The notes: a model not told the origin generated them from the letters alone. DNA of 64,000 nucleotides from an uncultured Candidatus Saccharibacteria bacterium (GCA_964512315.1 CAZEIK010000004.1:8198-72197), one strand, 5' to 3'; positions 1 to 11,979 are shown, numbered from the stretch's first letter. Made by a program: numbers and translations.

Positions 1-777
1 GAAAGCACGAATAAGTGAAAGTCTCTTCTCTAGTTTTTCTCTTTCTACTGAGCCAGATTTTTCTATTGCAACAGATAATTCACCTTCAAGAGTTGTAAGA
101 TCTATTGACTTGAATACTTCGTATAATGCCTCAGCACCAATCTTAGCGTCGAAACATGCTCCGTACTTCATTGCATACTTGTGATATACCAACTCGTCTA
201 AAATTTTCCAAGGCTTGATGTCTGCAATTTCTTTTTTAGCAGTATCCATTAGCTCTTCCAGTCTCTCACGAGTCTTATCATCTGTAGCAGACTTGATCTT
301 AGCTTTGAACTCACTTTCAAGATTCTTAATTACCTCAGCCTTCTGATCGTCGTTAACTTTGGTGATTATATATCCAGCAAAGTACACAACTTTTTCAACA
401 TCAGAAAGTGTTGCACCAATAACCATAGCTATACGAGATGGAACATTACGTAGGAATAATATATGAGCAACAGGAACAGCAAGTTCAAGGTGACCCATAC
501 GCTCACGACGAACGATTGATTTGGTTACTTCAACTCCACATTTCTCACAGATAATACCCTTGTATCTGATGCGGCGATATTTACCACAATAGCACTCATA
601 GTCTTTCTCTGGACCGAATATTCTCTCATCGAAAAGACCATATCTCTCGCTACGTCCTGTACGATAATTAATCGTCTCTGGCTTGGTCACTTCACCATAA
701 CTCCAAGCACGTATCGCCTCAGGAGAAGCTACCTTTATCTCCAAAGCGTCAAAATTTGTTGCATTGATTGTTTTCAT
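1..777 (-). CDS. rpoC: RNA polymerase beta' subunit, N-terminal part (runs off window start)
   Basis: Not in ORF track. ATG at 777 reads [40 protein letters not shown]...[14 protein letters not shown]...[20 protein letters not shown] (beta' Zn-ribbon region); directly downstream of rpoB. Confidence 0.97.
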   Translation of the reverse strand, partial: MKTINATNFDALEIKVASPEAIRAWSYGEVTKPETINYRTGRSERYGLFDERIFGPEKDYECYCGKYRRIRYKGIICEKCGVEVTKSIVRRERMGHLELAVPVAHILFLRNVPSRIAMVIGATLSDVEKVVYFAGYIITKVNDDQKAEVIKNLESEFKAKIKSATDDKTRERLEELMDTAKKEIADIKPWKILDELVYHKYAMKYGACFDAKIGAEALYEVFKSIDLTTLEGELSVAIEKSGSVEREKLEKRLSLIRAF

Positions 778-797
778 ATTTTTATATGTGAAGTTAA

Positions 798-3700
798 TTA
801 ATCGTTAATAACGTCCTGCCCAATAAGTTTCTCCTCGGCAACTTTCATGCCTTGAGGTATTACATCAAAGCCTAGTCCACGTAATGTGTTAAGCATCACC
901 ACAAAGCTGGCTGGTGTTCCCGGCTCGCCCATGTCTTCACCTTTGATAATGCTATCGAATGCTGCCGCGCGACCCTCTATATCATCTGACTTAATAGTGA
1001 GCATTTCGCGAAGTATATTAGACGCACCGTATCCTTCGAGAGCCCACACCTCCATTTCTCCAAATCTCTGACCTCCTCCTTGAGCTTTACCACCAAGAGG
1101 TTGTTGAGTAATGAGTGAGTATGGTCCGATTGAACGCTGGTGAATCTTATCTTCCACCATGTGGTGAAGCTTGAGCATGTACATAGTACCAACTGCAATA
1201 GGCTTCTCGAACTCGTCACCAGTACGACCATCGTAGAGAGTTACTGTTCCTGATCTGCTCATACCAGCCTTCTCTAACTCAGACTGTATCTCTTCTACAG
1301 TTGCTCCTTGGAATGAAGGCACAACCGCCTGATAACCAAGAGTCTCAGCAGCATAACCTAAGTGCATTTCCAGAATTTGTCCTAGATTCATACGTGACGG
1401 CACACCAAGAGGTGTAAGAATAATATCTATAGGCTCACCATCTGCTGTGTATGGCATCTCTTCTACCGGTAACACCCTAGAGATAACACCCTTATTACCA
1501 TGGCGACCAGCTAACTTGTCTCCAACTGTAATATTTCTAGTCTGAGCTATCTCAATGTGAATACGCTTAACTATACCACTCTCTAATTGATCACCACGCT
1601 CACGTGAGAAAACCTTAACTCCAATAATACGTCCGCGCTTACCGTTATCAAGACGAAGCGATGAGTCTTTTACATCACGCACCTTCTCACCGAAGATAGA
1701 ACGAAGCAGTCTCTCCTCTGGAGTTAATTCTTGTTCACCTTTTGGAGTAATTTTACCTACCAATATATCTCCTGGACGAACCTCAGCACCGATGCGAATA
1801 ATACCGTCTTCATCTAAATTGCGAAGTTTTGCTTCACCAACATTTGGAATGTCATGAGTCGTAACCTCAACTCCTAACTTAGTGTCGCGCACATTACACA
1901 CTAGCTCTTCTATGTGTATAGAAGTAAACTTGCTTTCTTTTACTAACTTCTCTGAAATAATAATAGCGTCCTCGTAATTAGCACCGTTCCAAGTCATGAA
2001 GGCTACACGAACATTTTGTCCGAGAGCAATCTGACCATTATCCGATGTTGCTGCATCAGCAAGCAAGTCTCCTGCTTTTACATCTTGCCCCTTCTCAACA
2101 ACTGGTCTCTGGTGGAAAATGTTAAATGCATTAGTACGAGAGAAAGTAATCAGCTTGTACTCTTTTTCAACTTTTCCTGACTTAACAACAATCTTGTCAG
2201 CATCCACATAAGAAACTTTACCATCTTCTTCTGCATAGATAAGACGACCAATATTTCTAGCAGCCTCAGCCTCCATACCAGTAGAAACATATGGCGCCTC
2301 AGGTATAACCACAGGCACAGCTTGACGTTGCATGTTAGAACCCATCAGTGCACGATTCGCGTCATCATGCTCCAAGAATGGAATCATAGAAGTAGCAATT
2401 GAGTAAGCTTGATTAGTCGAAACATCTAGATACTCTACATCCATAACGTCAACAATCGCTGGTTGCGCGTAACGACGAGCAGGAACTCTCTTGTCTACAA
2501 TCATCATGTCTTTACCATACTGTACTGACGCTTGAGCGATAACATGTTTCTCTTCCTCAAGAGCGTTCATATAAACTATTTCTTTTGTAATCTTGCCCGC
2601 TTTTACTTTTACATAAGGAGACTCGATAATACCGAAGTCGTTAATACGAGCATAATTAGATTGACGAAGAATAAGACCGATATTTGGACCTTCTGGAGTA
2701 TGAATTGGACACACACGACCATAATGAGAAGTGTGCACGTCACGAACTTCAAAGCCTGCACGTTCACGAGTTAGACCTCCTGGACCAAGGGCAGAAAGGG
2801 TACGTAGATGCTCAACCTCGGCAAGCAAGTTCTCTTGATTCATGAACTGAGACAACTGATTAGTTGTGAAGAACTCCTTGATACGAGCTTGAAGCGGTCT
2901 TTGATTAACAATAGAAACTGGTAACGTTGTGTCTGCATCTATAACCGACATCTTATCTTGGATATTTCTCTTCATCTGAGTCATACCAGTACGCACCTTT
3001 GCAGCCATCATCTCACCTACGAAACGCACACGACGAGACCCAAGATGATCGATATCATCTTCTACTGCATTAGGAGTAGCATTTAAAACAATTACATGCT
3101 CGATGATTTTAACCAAGTCCTCTTTTGAAAGAGTTCTCCTCTCTGACTCTTTACCTTCTAACGGCATACCGAATCTTTTGTTGAAGCGGAAGCGTCCAAC
3201 TGGAGATAAGTCATAACGCTCTGCTGAGAATAATGTATCAAAATACTCTTTTGCATTCTCAGGTGTAGCCATGTCACCGTCACGAAGTCTCTTGTAAATC
3301 TCTACATATGCATCATGAGAGTTCTTGATTGTGTCTTTGTCTAGAAGATTCTTAACATAGGCCTTAGCGTCATCCGAAACAAATGAGTTAACGATTGCAT
3401 CATCAGAACCAAACCCCATAGCGCGTAGCATTGGAACAATGCCGAACTTTCTCTTCTTATCTATACGAACCGACATTTGATTGTCTGGCTCAGACAATAC
3501 TTCCGCCCACACACCACGAGACGGGATTATCTTGGCACCGAAATATCTGTGACCTTTAACCTCTTCTGCGTCAAAGAACACACCAAATGAACGAGCAAGC
3601 TGAGGAACAACTACACGCTCAACACCGTTAACGATAAATGTACCGTGAACAGTCATAAGCGGGAAATCCGCCATGAATATCTCTTGCTCTTTTGTTGTAT

Positions 3701-4004
3701 TTAAAATCTTATTCTTAAGACGCAATCTAACGCGCATTGGAGCCTCATATGTGAGCTTGTTCTCCTTTGCGTAGACTTCGTCAAATTTTGGACTAGAAAT
3801 TTCAAATGAAAGAAACTCTAATTCAAACTTTTTCTCTGAATAGTCTTTGATTGGACTGAACTCCTTGAATATCTCAGGGATGTCCTTCTCAATCAAATTC
3901 TTGTATGAAAGTAATTGGTTTTCGACTAGGTTTGGTAATTCTGCTAACGGCTTTCTGTATTTCGAGAAAGTCTTTTTTGGAAGTGTTGCAACACTTTTTT
4001 GCAT
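798..4004 (-). CDS. rpoB: RNA polymerase beta subunit (compact, 1068 aa)
   Basis: Motifs [60 protein letters not shown]. Confidence 0.99.
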   Translation of the reverse strand: MQKSVATLPKKTFSKYRKPLAELPNLVENQLLSYKNLIEKDIPEIFKEFSPIKDYSEKKFELEFLSFEISSPKFDEVYAKENKLTYEAPMRVRLRLKNKILNTTKEQEIFMADFPLMTVHGTFIVNGVERVVVPQLARSFGVFFDAEEVKGHRYFGAKIIPSRGVWAEVLSEPDNQMSVRIDKKRKFGIVPMLRAMGFGSDDAIVNSFVSDDAKAYVKNLLDKDTIKNSHDAYVEIYKRLRDGDMATPENAKEYFDTLFSAERYDLSPVGRFRFNKRFGMPLEGKESERRTLSKEDLVKIIEHVIVLNATPNAVEDDIDHLGSRRVRFVGEMMAAKVRTGMTQMKRNIQDKMSVIDADTTLPVSIVNQRPLQARIKEFFTTNQLSQFMNQENLLAEVEHLRTLSALGPGGLTRERAGFEVRDVHTSHYGRVCPIHTPEGPNIGLILRQSNYARINDFGIIESPYVKVKAGKITKEIVYMNALEEEKHVIAQASVQYGKDMMIVDKRVPARRYAQPAIVDVMDVEYLDVSTNQAYSIATSMIPFLEHDDANRALMGSNMQRQAVPVVIPEAPYVSTGMEAEAARNIGRLIYAEEDGKVSYVDADKIVVKSGKVEKEYKLITFSRTNAFNIFHQRPVVEKGQDVKAGDLLADAATSDNGQIALGQNVRVAFMTWNGANYEDAIIISEKLVKESKFTSIHIEELVCNVRDTKLGVEVTTHDIPNVGEAKLRNLDEDGIIRIGAEVRPGDILVGKITPKGEQELTPEERLLRSIFGEKVRDVKDSSLRLDNGKRGRIIGVKVFSRERGDQLESGIVKRIHIEIAQTRNITVGDKLAGRHGNKGVISRVLPVEEMPYTADGEPIDIILTPLGVPSRMNLGQILEMHLGYAAETLGYQAVVPSFQGATVEEIQSELEKAGMSRSGTVTLYDGRTGDEFEKPIAVGTMYMLKLHHMVEDKIHQRSIGPYSLITQQPLGGKAQGGGQRFGEMEVWALEGYGASNILREMLTIKSDDIEGRAAAFDSIIKGEDMGEPGTPASFVVMLNTLRGLGFDVIPQGMKVAEEKLIGQDVIND

Positions 4005-4152
4005 ACTAAAAATTGAATTATTAAAAACTTTGGTGTTTTATAAGTCGGCTAGTCCAATACACAATCGTAATCAGCGCCCGCAAATTATACCATATAATAA
4101 GCTTTTTACAACCCCAAAATTGTGCAAAACAAAACCTATAGCAAACTCTAAC

Positions 4153-4770
4153 CTACCTAATCTGGAACAAGTCATCCTCACCGAAACGCGTCTTAGGAAA
4201 AGCAGGATCAGCTGCGCGATATCCAACACCCAAAATAACTGCCGCGTACTCGTCTTTGGCCAAGCCTAAAATATCCTTATAGTTATCACTTGAGAACCCT
4301 TCCATTGGTGCCGAGTCAATACGCAGCTCCGCACAAGCTGCCATAGCGAAACCAAGCGCTATGTATGCTTGATTGCTAGCGATACGCAACTTTTTCTCTT
4401 CTGTTATACCAGTTAAGCCAAAGAAGGCTCTAGCTCCAGCCTCGAACTTTAATCTATCGAAAAGTCCTGTTCCGTCTTTTATCAGGTCGCAATACTCACC
4501 TATTCTTTTTTGTATGTCAGTTCTAGCAACAAAAACAAAAAGATGAGAACAATCTGAAACCTGAGACTGATTAAAGCTTGCTTCTTTTAATTTATTCTTT
4601 AAGTCTTGATTCTCAACTATCATCACACGAAATGGTTGCAATCCGTAAGAAGTAGGAGCGAGCCTAATCGAGTCTTTTATTTTTTGTAAATCTTCAGCAC
4701 TAACTTTTTTGTTAGTGTCGAATTTTTTTGTAGCAAATCGCCAATTAAGAGAGTCTAGAAAAGTATTCAT
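4153..4770 (-). CDS. Nitroreductase family NAD(P)H-dependent oxidoreductase
   Basis: WRFATKKFD, LAPTSYGLQP, IDSAPMEGF and C-terminal PKTR motifs. Confidence 0.92.
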   Translation of the reverse strand: MNTFLDSLNWRFATKKFDTNKKVSAEDLQKIKDSIRLAPTSYGLQPFRVMIVENQDLKNKLKEASFNQSQVSDCSHLFVFVARTDIQKRIGEYCDLIKDGTGLFDRLKFEAGARAFFGLTGITEEKKLRIASNQAYIALGFAMAACAELRIDSAPMEGFSSDNYKDILGLAKDEYAAVILGVGYRAADPAFPKTRFGEDDLFQIR

Positions 4771-4796
4771 ATTGCATCATTATAGCACAATGCAAT

Positions 4797-4961
4797 TTAG
4801 TTCTCTTTTTTGTGACTTGGATGCATGTCTTCTTGTGACATGTGTTTTAACTTACCCATCGAAATCAAATGTATATCTTTTTGCATTTCCACCATCTTGT
4901 GATTCATTACATACAACTTGATGAAAATGAAAACTAAAATTGCTACTAATAATATATCCAT
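4797..4961 (-). CDS. Small membrane-anchored protein, 54 aa (not in ORF track)
   Basis: Reads MDILLVAILVFIFIKLYVMNHKMVEMQKDIHLISMGKLKHMSQEDMHPSHKKEN*; starts 8 nt after the epimerase stop on the same strand and fills the gap; hydrophobic N-terminus. Confidence 0.65.
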   Translation of the reverse strand: MDILLVAILVFIFIKLYVMNHKMVEMQKDIHLISMGKLKHMSQEDMHPSHKKEN

Positions 4962-4969
4962 ATATTTAT

Positions 4970-6034
4970 CTATTTAAGTTTAGCATAACGTCCCTCATTT
5001 TTTACAAATGCATCCTTAGATTCGAATTTGTATTTGTAACCATACATATTAGTTAACTTACTACCATCTACCGCTATTGGATAGCTGTATCCCTTCCAGC
5101 TACCTTCTGCAGTTGGTATTCTGCCACGAGTAATATGCCAGAATACAAAGAAAGCTAACCTTGCCATCCATGGATATATTGGTAATGTCTTCTTACCTAC
5201 GGCCTTTGCCATATCTTTACCGAGCACAACATCTCCTGGTGGGCATATATTGAACACTTCATACTTATGATTAACTTTCTCATCAAAGGCCAACATCTCC
5301 ACGATGTCACACACGTCATCTTCATGTATATATTGTCTCAACCATTTTGGAGTTACGGGAACAAATGAAACCATAGCTGAAATTATTTTATAAATAAAAT
5401 TACCCTTAAGGTGTCCTGACAAGGCGGCCTGTAAGCCAAATCTAACTCTATCGTATCTACCACGCGGGCCTGATATTGCAGCTGGGCGTACAACTGAAAT
5501 GATTGGCATGTGCCCACCAGTAGATATTCTATCTTTTACCTTTTGCTCTAAATGCTCTTCGGTCGCGCGCTTTTCTTCTGCATAGAGATAATTAGTCTTT
5601 CTGAATGGATCAGTCTCTACATATCTGTAAGTTAGACTGTTGTCCGCAAATGCACCGTAAGAAGCAACTGTAGAAAAATAAACTAATCTCTCTACAAAAT
5701 TATTCTCTAAACAAAAATCAAAGATCTCATCTGAGCCGTCTATATTCCATTTCCAAGAAAGTGGCCTATTGCCGTATATCTCACGTATTTGCCAAGCGGT
5801 ATGTATGACTACTTCTGGACGGAACCCGGCAACCTTTTGCTGCCAAGTTTTGTCACTTGTGTTGGCATGAACATACACTAGCTTGTCTCTATTTGGGTGA
5901 GTCTTATACATATCTGGCTCAGCTTCCTTGTCTAGGGCCACTATTTGCTTAACATCTGGTCTTTTTGAGAATTGATCTACAAGCATTTGACCTATATAAC
6001 CTGCTCCACCTGTAATAAATAGGGTTTTTTGCAT
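4970..6034 (-). CDS. NAD-dependent epimerase/dehydratase (extended SDR)
   Basis: TGGAGYIG Rossmann motif, FSTVASYG, YAEEK (YxxxK), YIHEDDV. Confidence 0.9.
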   Translation of the reverse strand: MQKTLFITGGAGYIGQMLVDQFSKRPDVKQIVALDKEAEPDMYKTHPNRDKLVYVHANTSDKTWQQKVAGFRPEVVIHTAWQIREIYGNRPLSWKWNIDGSDEIFDFCLENNFVERLVYFSTVASYGAFADNSLTYRYVETDPFRKTNYLYAEEKRATEEHLEQKVKDRISTGGHMPIISVVRPAAISGPRGRYDRVRFGLQAALSGHLKGNFIYKIISAMVSFVPVTPKWLRQYIHEDDVCDIVEMLAFDEKVNHKYEVFNICPPGDVVLGKDMAKAVGKKTLPIYPWMARLAFFVFWHITRGRIPTAEGSWKGYSYPIAVDGSKLTNMYGYKYKFESKDAFVKNEGRYAKLK

Positions 6035-6068
6035 ATGCTTTTTAGTATATCATCCTCTCTGCTATAAT

Positions 6069-7136
6069 GTGCATGTGAAAAAGGTTTTGTATTTAATCAC
6101 CAAAAGTAACTGGGGTGGTGCACAAAAAGCAGTACATGATTTGGCAACCCACCCTAAAATACAAAACAACTACAGAGTTACAGTTGCTAGTGGTAATGAT
6201 GGCGAACTACTCGACAGGTTAAGATCTAAAAATATTCGTACCCAGGTATTAAAAATTAAAAACAATCTGAATCCATTTACTTCATTTAAAAATATTTTTG
6301 ACTTGTACAAATTCATTCGAGAAGAAAGCCCTGACATAGTACATCTACACAGTTCAAAAATATCACTCTTTGGATCTATTGCGTCACGCTTAGCTGGTGT
6401 ACCGGTTATTGTATTCACTGCTCATGGGTGGCCACACAATGAAGATAGAAATATATTTATAAGAATAATCTTTCATTTAATATCAATAATAACTGTAGCT
6501 TTTTCTCACAAGACAATAGCGGTATCCGAGAATATTGCTAACACTCTTAGGGCCCCAAAACTAATTAAGAGAAAAATTACAGTAATATACAACGGAATAC
6601 AAAAAACAGAGTATCAGAATCTACCCAAGCTATCCGAGGGGTCAACTGGCCCCAGAACAATCAAGCATGTTGTCAGTATTGGCGAGCTGAATAATAATAA
6701 GGCTCACGACTCAGTGTTACACATACTCCCCCAAATTAAAAATATCCACTATCACATAATAGGCGAAGGAGCCAACAAGCTAAAACTACAAAAACTAATA
6801 GAAAGAAAAGGTCTCGGCAACCGAGTTACACTATACGGTCACGTTAACAATGCCAAAAGCTTCCTCCCACAATATGACGTATTTCTATTGCCATCTAAGA
6901 CAGAAGCTCTAGGTTACGTTGTCTTAGAGGCGTTGCAAGCTGGACTACCAGTTATAGCGAGGCGTGTTGGTGGTGTGCCTGAGATACTACATGACTTGCC
7001 TTATGCTAAGTTATACAAATACGACACAGACTTAATAGATATTTTGGACCAAGATTTTCCTAAGAATATATCTTGGAATGACTCACGTTTTGACTTTGAA
7101 AAGATGATACAAAAAACGTTATACTTATACAAATAA
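6069..7136 (+). CDS. Glycosyltransferase family 4 (GT-B)
   Basis: WGGAQK, HLHSSK, FTAHGW, EALGYVVLEALQAG (ExxG..E). Confidence 0.92.
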   Translation: MHVKKVLYLITKSNWGGAQKAVHDLATHPKIQNNYRVTVASGNDGELLDRLRSKNIRTQVLKIKNNLNPFTSFKNIFDLYKFIREESPDIVHLHSSKISLFGSIASRLAGVPVIVFTAHGWPHNEDRNIFIRIIFHLISIITVAFSHKTIAVSENIANTLRAPKLIKRKITVIYNGIQKTEYQNLPKLSEGSTGPRTIKHVVSIGELNNNKAHDSVLHILPQIKNIHYHIIGEGANKLKLQKLIERKGLGNRVTLYGHVNNAKSFLPQYDVFLLPSKTEALGYVVLEALQAGLPVIARRVGGVPEILHDLPYAKLYKYDTDLIDILDQDFPKNISWNDSRFDFEKMIQKTLYLYK

Positions 7137-7826
7137 ATGATACCTAAAGTTATACATTATTGTTGGTTCGGGAAAGGAGAGAAAAATGATCTCATTTTAA
7201 AATGCATACAGACATGGAAAGATAAATTGTCAGATTATGAGATCAAGGAATGGAATGAGGACAATTTTGATGTGAATGCTTATGAATTCACGAGGAGTGC
7301 TTATACGAATAAGAAATGGGCATTCGTAGCGGACTATGCAAGATTCATAGTGTTACAAAAATATGGTGGCATATACCTAGATACAGATATGTATGTAGTT
7401 AGAAGTTTCAACGACTTGTTGGGGCAAAAAATGATAATCGGTTATGAAGACAAGGCGCATGTCAGTGCTGGCATAATCGGATGCACAGCGAATAATGAAT
7501 ATATATCAGACTGTCTTAATGTGTACAACAAAATGACCACACTAACACCGATACCCAAAATACTCACCGAGGTATACGGGCAAAAAGATTATGGATTCAC
7601 ACCTATGCCAGTCAATTACTTTTATCCATTTACAGCAGAGAATATAAAAGACTTTACAGGGTATAATGCACCGGAAGAAACATATGCAGTACACATGTGG
7701 AATTATTCTTGGGGCCACCCACTAAACAAATTAGCTAAAAAGCTCGGACTACATAGATTGATAGTAAAAATTTTAGATACTTTTAAAGCTAAGACCATTT
7801 TAAAGAAACTGCTAGGAATGGAATAA
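7137..7826 (+). CDS. Glycosyltransferase family 32 (OCH1-like, DXD)
   Basis: MIPKVIHYCWFG, WAFVADYAR, GGIYLDTD. Confidence 0.92.
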   Translation: MIPKVIHYCWFGKGEKNDLILKCIQTWKDKLSDYEIKEWNEDNFDVNAYEFTRSAYTNKKWAFVADYARFIVLQKYGGIYLDTDMYVVRSFNDLLGQKMIIGYEDKAHVSAGIIGCTANNEYISDCLNVYNKMTTLTPIPKILTEVYGQKDYGFTPMPVNYFYPFTAENIKDFTGYNAPEETYAVHMWNYSWGHPLNKLAKKLGLHRLIVKILDTFKAKTILKKLLGME

Positions 7827-8602
7827 TGAAAACAGAATTCGTCATCATCACTACCACATACGAGAGACCTATTGAGATAATTAGGTGTTTGGAATCAGTA
7901 CAAAATCAAACTTACAAAAACTTCAAACACATAATAGTTAATGACTCCCCTGCTACCAACTACAGTAAGTTAGAAGAAAAAGTAAGTACACTGTCTAATG
8001 TAATATACATAAAAAATGAAAATAATCTTGGCAAGAATGCTTCGGTTAACAAAGTATTCCAGATTTTAAAAAGTGATAGCTTCCCTAACTATATAATATT
8101 TTTAGATGATGACGACTGGTTAGACCAAGATTGTCTCCTGAATTTTGAAAGTGAAATACAGTCACACTCTAAACCAACTTGGTTAGTATCTAATCGCGCA
8201 CTAGAAAGTGGCATCTCTATAACCAAAAACAAAACTAATAAAAATAAAATTAACTATTACTGGGACTACCTTATCACAAAAAAGTTCTCAGGTGACGCCA
8301 CACATTGTATAAACTTCAAAGCAACAAGTGACCTGCAACTGCCAACATTAATAAAAAATGCAGAAGAATGGCTGTACTTTGCACAAGTATCCAAGATTAG
8401 CAAAAACTTTATATATAAAAATTTTAACGGAACATATACGAGCGGATACATGTTGGGTGGAGTAACGGACACTTATCACAAAAAAGTTGCAAATTGGAAA
8501 TTATATAAAAAGGTGTGTTCGGAAGTTAGCAATAGAGGAATATGCAACATGTACACTTTTATCTATATGTCTCTTAGGCTAATTAAATTAATTTTAAAGT
8601 AA
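7826..8602 (+). CDS. Glycosyltransferase family 2
   Basis: IITTTYER, CLESVQNQTY, IIVND, FLDDDD. Confidence 0.88.
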   Translation: MKTEFVIITTTYERPIEIIRCLESVQNQTYKNFKHIIVNDSPATNYSKLEEKVSTLSNVIYIKNENNLGKNASVNKVFQILKSDSFPNYIIFLDDDDWLDQDCLLNFESEIQSHSKPTWLVSNRALESGISITKNKTNKNKINYYWDYLITKKFSGDATHCINFKATSDLQLPTLIKNAEEWLYFAQVSKISKNFIYKNFNGTYTSGYMLGGVTDTYHKKVANWKLYKKVCSEVSNRGICNMYTFIYMSLRLIKLILK

Positions 8603-9350
8603 TTTTACTTAGATTAATTATATCCTCTTTAGAGCAACCACGAGACAGATCCATAAAAGGCTTACTCATACCTTGAACAATTGGACCCGTAGCTGACCAG
8701 CCACCCACTCTCTCAGCTATTTTATAACTAATATTACCTGAGTTAAGGTCTGGGAATATAAATACATTCGCATTACCAGCAACCTTATCGTCAGGACATT
8801 TTATATGAGCGACGTGTTGATCAAAAGCTGAATCAAACTGTAATTCGCCACTTATTAGAATATCCGGTCTAGTTTCTTTTACTATTTGTGTAGCCAGTCT
8901 AACGTTATCTATAGACACAGACTCGGCGCTACCTAGAGTTGAATAAGATAGCATGGCTACTTTTGGAATTATGTGTGTAACTTTATAAAAGTTGTCAGCT
9001 GTATCTATTGCTATTTGTGCCAAGTCTTGTGGTGAAGGGTTCACATTAACAGCACAGTCAGCAAAAGCAACCTTTGTGTCACCTTTTTCCATTAAGAAAA
9101 AACTAGAAACCTTGCCGCCTTCCTTTTTGACCCCCACATGCTTAATTGCTGCCCTAAATACATCTCTACTGCTATTACATGCACCGGCTATCACAGCGTC
9201 ACAGTAACCAGAAGCCAACTTCTTAGCCGCTTCTTCTAAACTCAACTGTTCTAATATGGCACCACATACACCATTCTCATTTAAAAACTTTACCGCCTCC
9301 ACGACTCTTGTATCTAAAGCTTCGGGGAAAAGAATTTTAAACTTATTCAT
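8583..9350 (-). CDS. pta: Phosphate acetyltransferase family protein (short, 255 aa)
   Basis: ILFPE, FADCAVNVNP, VAMLSYST, GELQFD, IFPDLNSGNISYK, GPIVQG, DLSRGCS. Confidence 0.88.
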   Translation of the reverse strand: MNKFKILFPEALDTRVVEAVKFLNENGVCGAILEQLSLEEAAKKLASGYCDAVIAGACNSSRDVFRAAIKHVGVKKEGGKVSSFFLMEKGDTKVAFADCAVNVNPSPQDLAQIAIDTADNFYKVTHIIPKVAMLSYSTLGSAESVSIDNVRLATQIVKETRPDILISGELQFDSAFDQHVAHIKCPDDKVAGNANVFIFPDLNSGNISYKIAERVGGWSATGPIVQGMSKPFMDLSRGCSKEDIINLSKITLKLI

Positions 9351-10930
9351 TATAAAAGTCTCTTAAGTATTCTCTCTTTACCCAGAACCTCAAAAAGATA
9401 ATACATATTAGGTGTTCTATCTTTACCAGTTATGGCGCGCCTTAGCTCCATCATAAATGCTCCGAACTTCATATCTGGTGCAATAGCAGAAGCTACAGAC
9501 TTCACTCTCTCTATCCAATCGTCGAGTGACATAGAATTACCATACAAGCTGTCATCCGATAATTGTGCTCGCATTCTATTCTTAAGATCTTGATCGACCT
9601 GAACAGGGACAAATAACTCGTCAAAGAAGTAAGACAGACTGTCTCTGGCCACACCGTACCTAACAATGTCTTTCCTAGGATTATCTGTCTCTCTTTCTAT
9701 ATTAAGAACTTTTGTTAGATAATCAACGTCTTTACTTATGACACCACAGAACTCAGTATCGTATTTAGAAGACCATTCCAATAGCTCCTTAGCTGCATCC
9801 TCGGCAGTTCTGCTGGCAATAACGTCAGACGATATGTCGTCTAGCTTTTTAAAATCAAGTAGTGGCCCACGACTGTTGCGCTTCATTGCTTCAATGTCTA
9901 ATTCGTACTTGTTAATATCACGATTGCCAGCGTGCCACCAATCATCAAAGTTTGGATTAGCTAGACGATATAAGTATGCAAGCACCGCCTCTTTTGTATA
10001 ACCCGACTCTTGATAATAAGACATTGTAGCTTCGCTATCTTTTCTTTTAGACAATTTTCTTACACTGCCATCAGCGCTCTTATTAATCGGCATTATATGC
10101 CCATACTTAGGAGAATTAACTCCTATCTTATTCCACAGCTCTAAATGTTTACCAAGTGAAGAGAACCATTCTTCGCCACGAGTAACAAAAGTTGTACCCA
10201 TCATATAATCGTCAACAACGTGAGCAAAATGATAAGTAGGCAATCCGTCGCCCTTCATTATTACAAAGTCTTCGTCATTCTCTGGGACCAAGTGATCACC
10301 TAAGAATTCATCCTTAAAAGGAACTTTTTTAAAAGCGTCACCTGATGCACGCAAACGTATGACAAAGCTCTCGCCTTTTTCAATACGACTTTTGACTTCA
10401 CCCACACTTAAGTCTCTATGCTTAGCATATTGACCGTATACGCCAGGTCTTAACTTATTACTTTTCTGGCTATCGCGCATAATCTCAATCTCTTCTTCAG
10501 TCATAAAACATGGATAAGCATGTCCATTTAATACAAAGTCATAAAGAAAAGCATCATAAATATCTTTGCGTTTACTCTGTCTATATGGACCATAGTCGCC
10601 AACCTCTTTTCCTTCTAAATTCTCACCTTCGTCTGGAGTAAGGTCGTAATCATTTAAAGTCTTAACAATAAACACCCTCGCGCCATCTACCTCTCTTGCT
10701 TGGTCAGTATCTTCTATTCTTAGAATAAAAACTCCTCCGCTTTTTCTTGCTATATCCCTACTGATTAGTGACATATAAAGCGTTCCGATATGCATAGGTC
10801 CTGTAGGGCTTGGCGCCACGCGCAAAACTTCAGCGTTCAGCGGTAAATTTCTCTTTTTATGCTCCTGTTCTATGCCAGCCCTATTCTTTTTTATATTAGG
10901 GAACAATAAATCAGCTAAATCTTTACTCAT
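9350..10930 (-). CDS. gltX: Glutamate--tRNA ligase (probably non-discriminating)
   Basis: RVAPSPTGPMHIG, LRIEDTD, PTYHFAHVVDD, RGEEW, KLSKR; gatCA present in window. Confidence 0.96.
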   Translation of the reverse strand: MSKDLADLLFPNIKKNRAGIEQEHKKRNLPLNAEVLRVAPSPTGPMHIGTLYMSLISRDIARKSGGVFILRIEDTDQAREVDGARVFIVKTLNDYDLTPDEGENLEGKEVGDYGPYRQSKRKDIYDAFLYDFVLNGHAYPCFMTEEEIEIMRDSQKSNKLRPGVYGQYAKHRDLSVGEVKSRIEKGESFVIRLRASGDAFKKVPFKDEFLGDHLVPENDEDFVIMKGDGLPTYHFAHVVDDYMMGTTFVTRGEEWFSSLGKHLELWNKIGVNSPKYGHIMPINKSADGSVRKLSKRKDSEATMSYYQESGYTKEAVLAYLYRLANPNFDDWWHAGNRDINKYELDIEAMKRNSRGPLLDFKKLDDISSDVIASRTAEDAAKELLEWSSKYDTEFCGVISKDVDYLTKVLNIERETDNPRKDIVRYGVARDSLSYFFDELFVPVQVDQDLKNRMRAQLSDDSLYGNSMSLDDWIERVKSVASAIAPDMKFGAFMMELRRAITGKDRTPNMYYLFEVLGKERILKRLL

Positions 10931-10946
10931 ATTTGGATTATATCAC

Positions 10947-10993
10947 AAAACAAAAACACAGCGCACCCTGTGGGTGCGCTGTGTTTTTGTTTT
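10947..10993. terminator. Intrinsic terminator hairpin, T-tracts on both strands
   Basis: AAAACAAAAACACAGCGCACC-CTGTG-GGTGCGCTGTGTTTTTGTTTT perfect inverted repeat. Confidence 0.85.
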
Positions 10994-11237
10994 AGTAAGA
11001 TGAGTCTATTGCTTTTATATCAGCATCTATCTGTGCATTTAACTCTGTCATATTAACCGAGTCAACAGAATTTGAAACATCCTCTGGATTACTACTGCTT
11101 GAGTTAGTGCTAGATGTAGGTATAACTTTTTGCATATCAGAAGCTACATCCACCTTCTCCTCATAAGTCACATAAACATAACCTGCAACTAGAAGAACTA
11201 CAACAAGAACCACCGAAATCAAAATGTTTTTATTCAT
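10992..11237 (-). CDS. Hypothetical small membrane-anchored protein
   Basis: N-terminal TM segment, Ser/Thr-rich linker, acidic helical C-terminus. Confidence 0.75.
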   Translation of the reverse strand: MNKNILISVVLVVVLLVAGYVYVTYEEKVDVASDMQKVIPTSSTNSSSSNPEDVSNSVDSVNMTELNAQIDADIKAIDSSY

Positions 11238-11241
11238 ATTT

Positions 11242-11979
11242 TTATCTTAAGCTTTTAAGTTCATTTAATAAATTCTTAAGGTCGTCCTGAAGTTTTCTAA
11301 TACTATCTTGCGCATTCTTAACAGCATTCTTAAATGCTTCTTTGTTGTCGGCATTAACACCTATATCCTTGAAAGACTCAACTTGCTTTATATCTGATTT
11401 AACTTTTTCTAGAGAAGACTTAGCAACAGTTAGCGCCGCATCAACTTTAGTAAAGTCAGCAGTAGAAGAAGCTCTTCTTGCTGATAAGAAATTATTAGCC
11501 CTAGTCAGAGCATTCTCAAAGTGACCAGCAACTAGCCCAAGTCTTTCTATCGCTGCATTAGATCTTTCTTTTACAATTTGCTTATTTTCTTCTCTTAACT
11601 CTTTTCTCTCTTCTGTATTAGAAGCACGCATATCACGAGCTCTATCTTGCATGTTGCCTACAATTTGTTTTCTGGCCTCTGGAGATGTGGCATTACGCAT
11701 TCTGTCTTGCATTTCTTTTCTGATGTCTTCTCTCTCTTCTGTATTAGAGGCACGCATTTGAATACGTTTATCCATAAGACCTTGCCTATCTTCTCTTATC
11801 TCCTCTCTTTGATCTCTAAGTTCTTTTCTGTCTTCTCTCAACTCCTTACCCTCCATTCTCGGTGGTAGAGGTAATTGTCCGCCAGCGCTTGGCATAGCTC
11901 CTGGGGTCGGTAATGTTTGAGCTGACACTGCAACGAGCGTACACATTACCGCTGATAATAATAATGTTTGTTTTTTCAT
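11242..11979 (-). CDS. Secreted coiled-coil hypothetical protein
   Basis: Signal peptide (AVSA-Q), charged helical repeats; internal 27-bp near-identical repeat at 11605-11631 and 11731-11757 (MRASNTEER twice). Confidence 0.8.
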   Translation of the reverse strand: MKKQTLLLSAVMCTLVAVSAQTLPTPGAMPSAGGQLPLPPRMEGKELREDRKELRDQREEIREDRQGLMDKRIQMRASNTEEREDIRKEMQDRMRNATSPEARKQIVGNMQDRARDMRASNTEERKELREENKQIVKERSNAAIERLGLVAGHFENALTRANNFLSARRASSTADFTKVDAALTVAKSSLEKVKSDIKQVESFKDIGVNADNKEAFKNAVKNAQDSIRKLQDDLKNLLNELKSLR

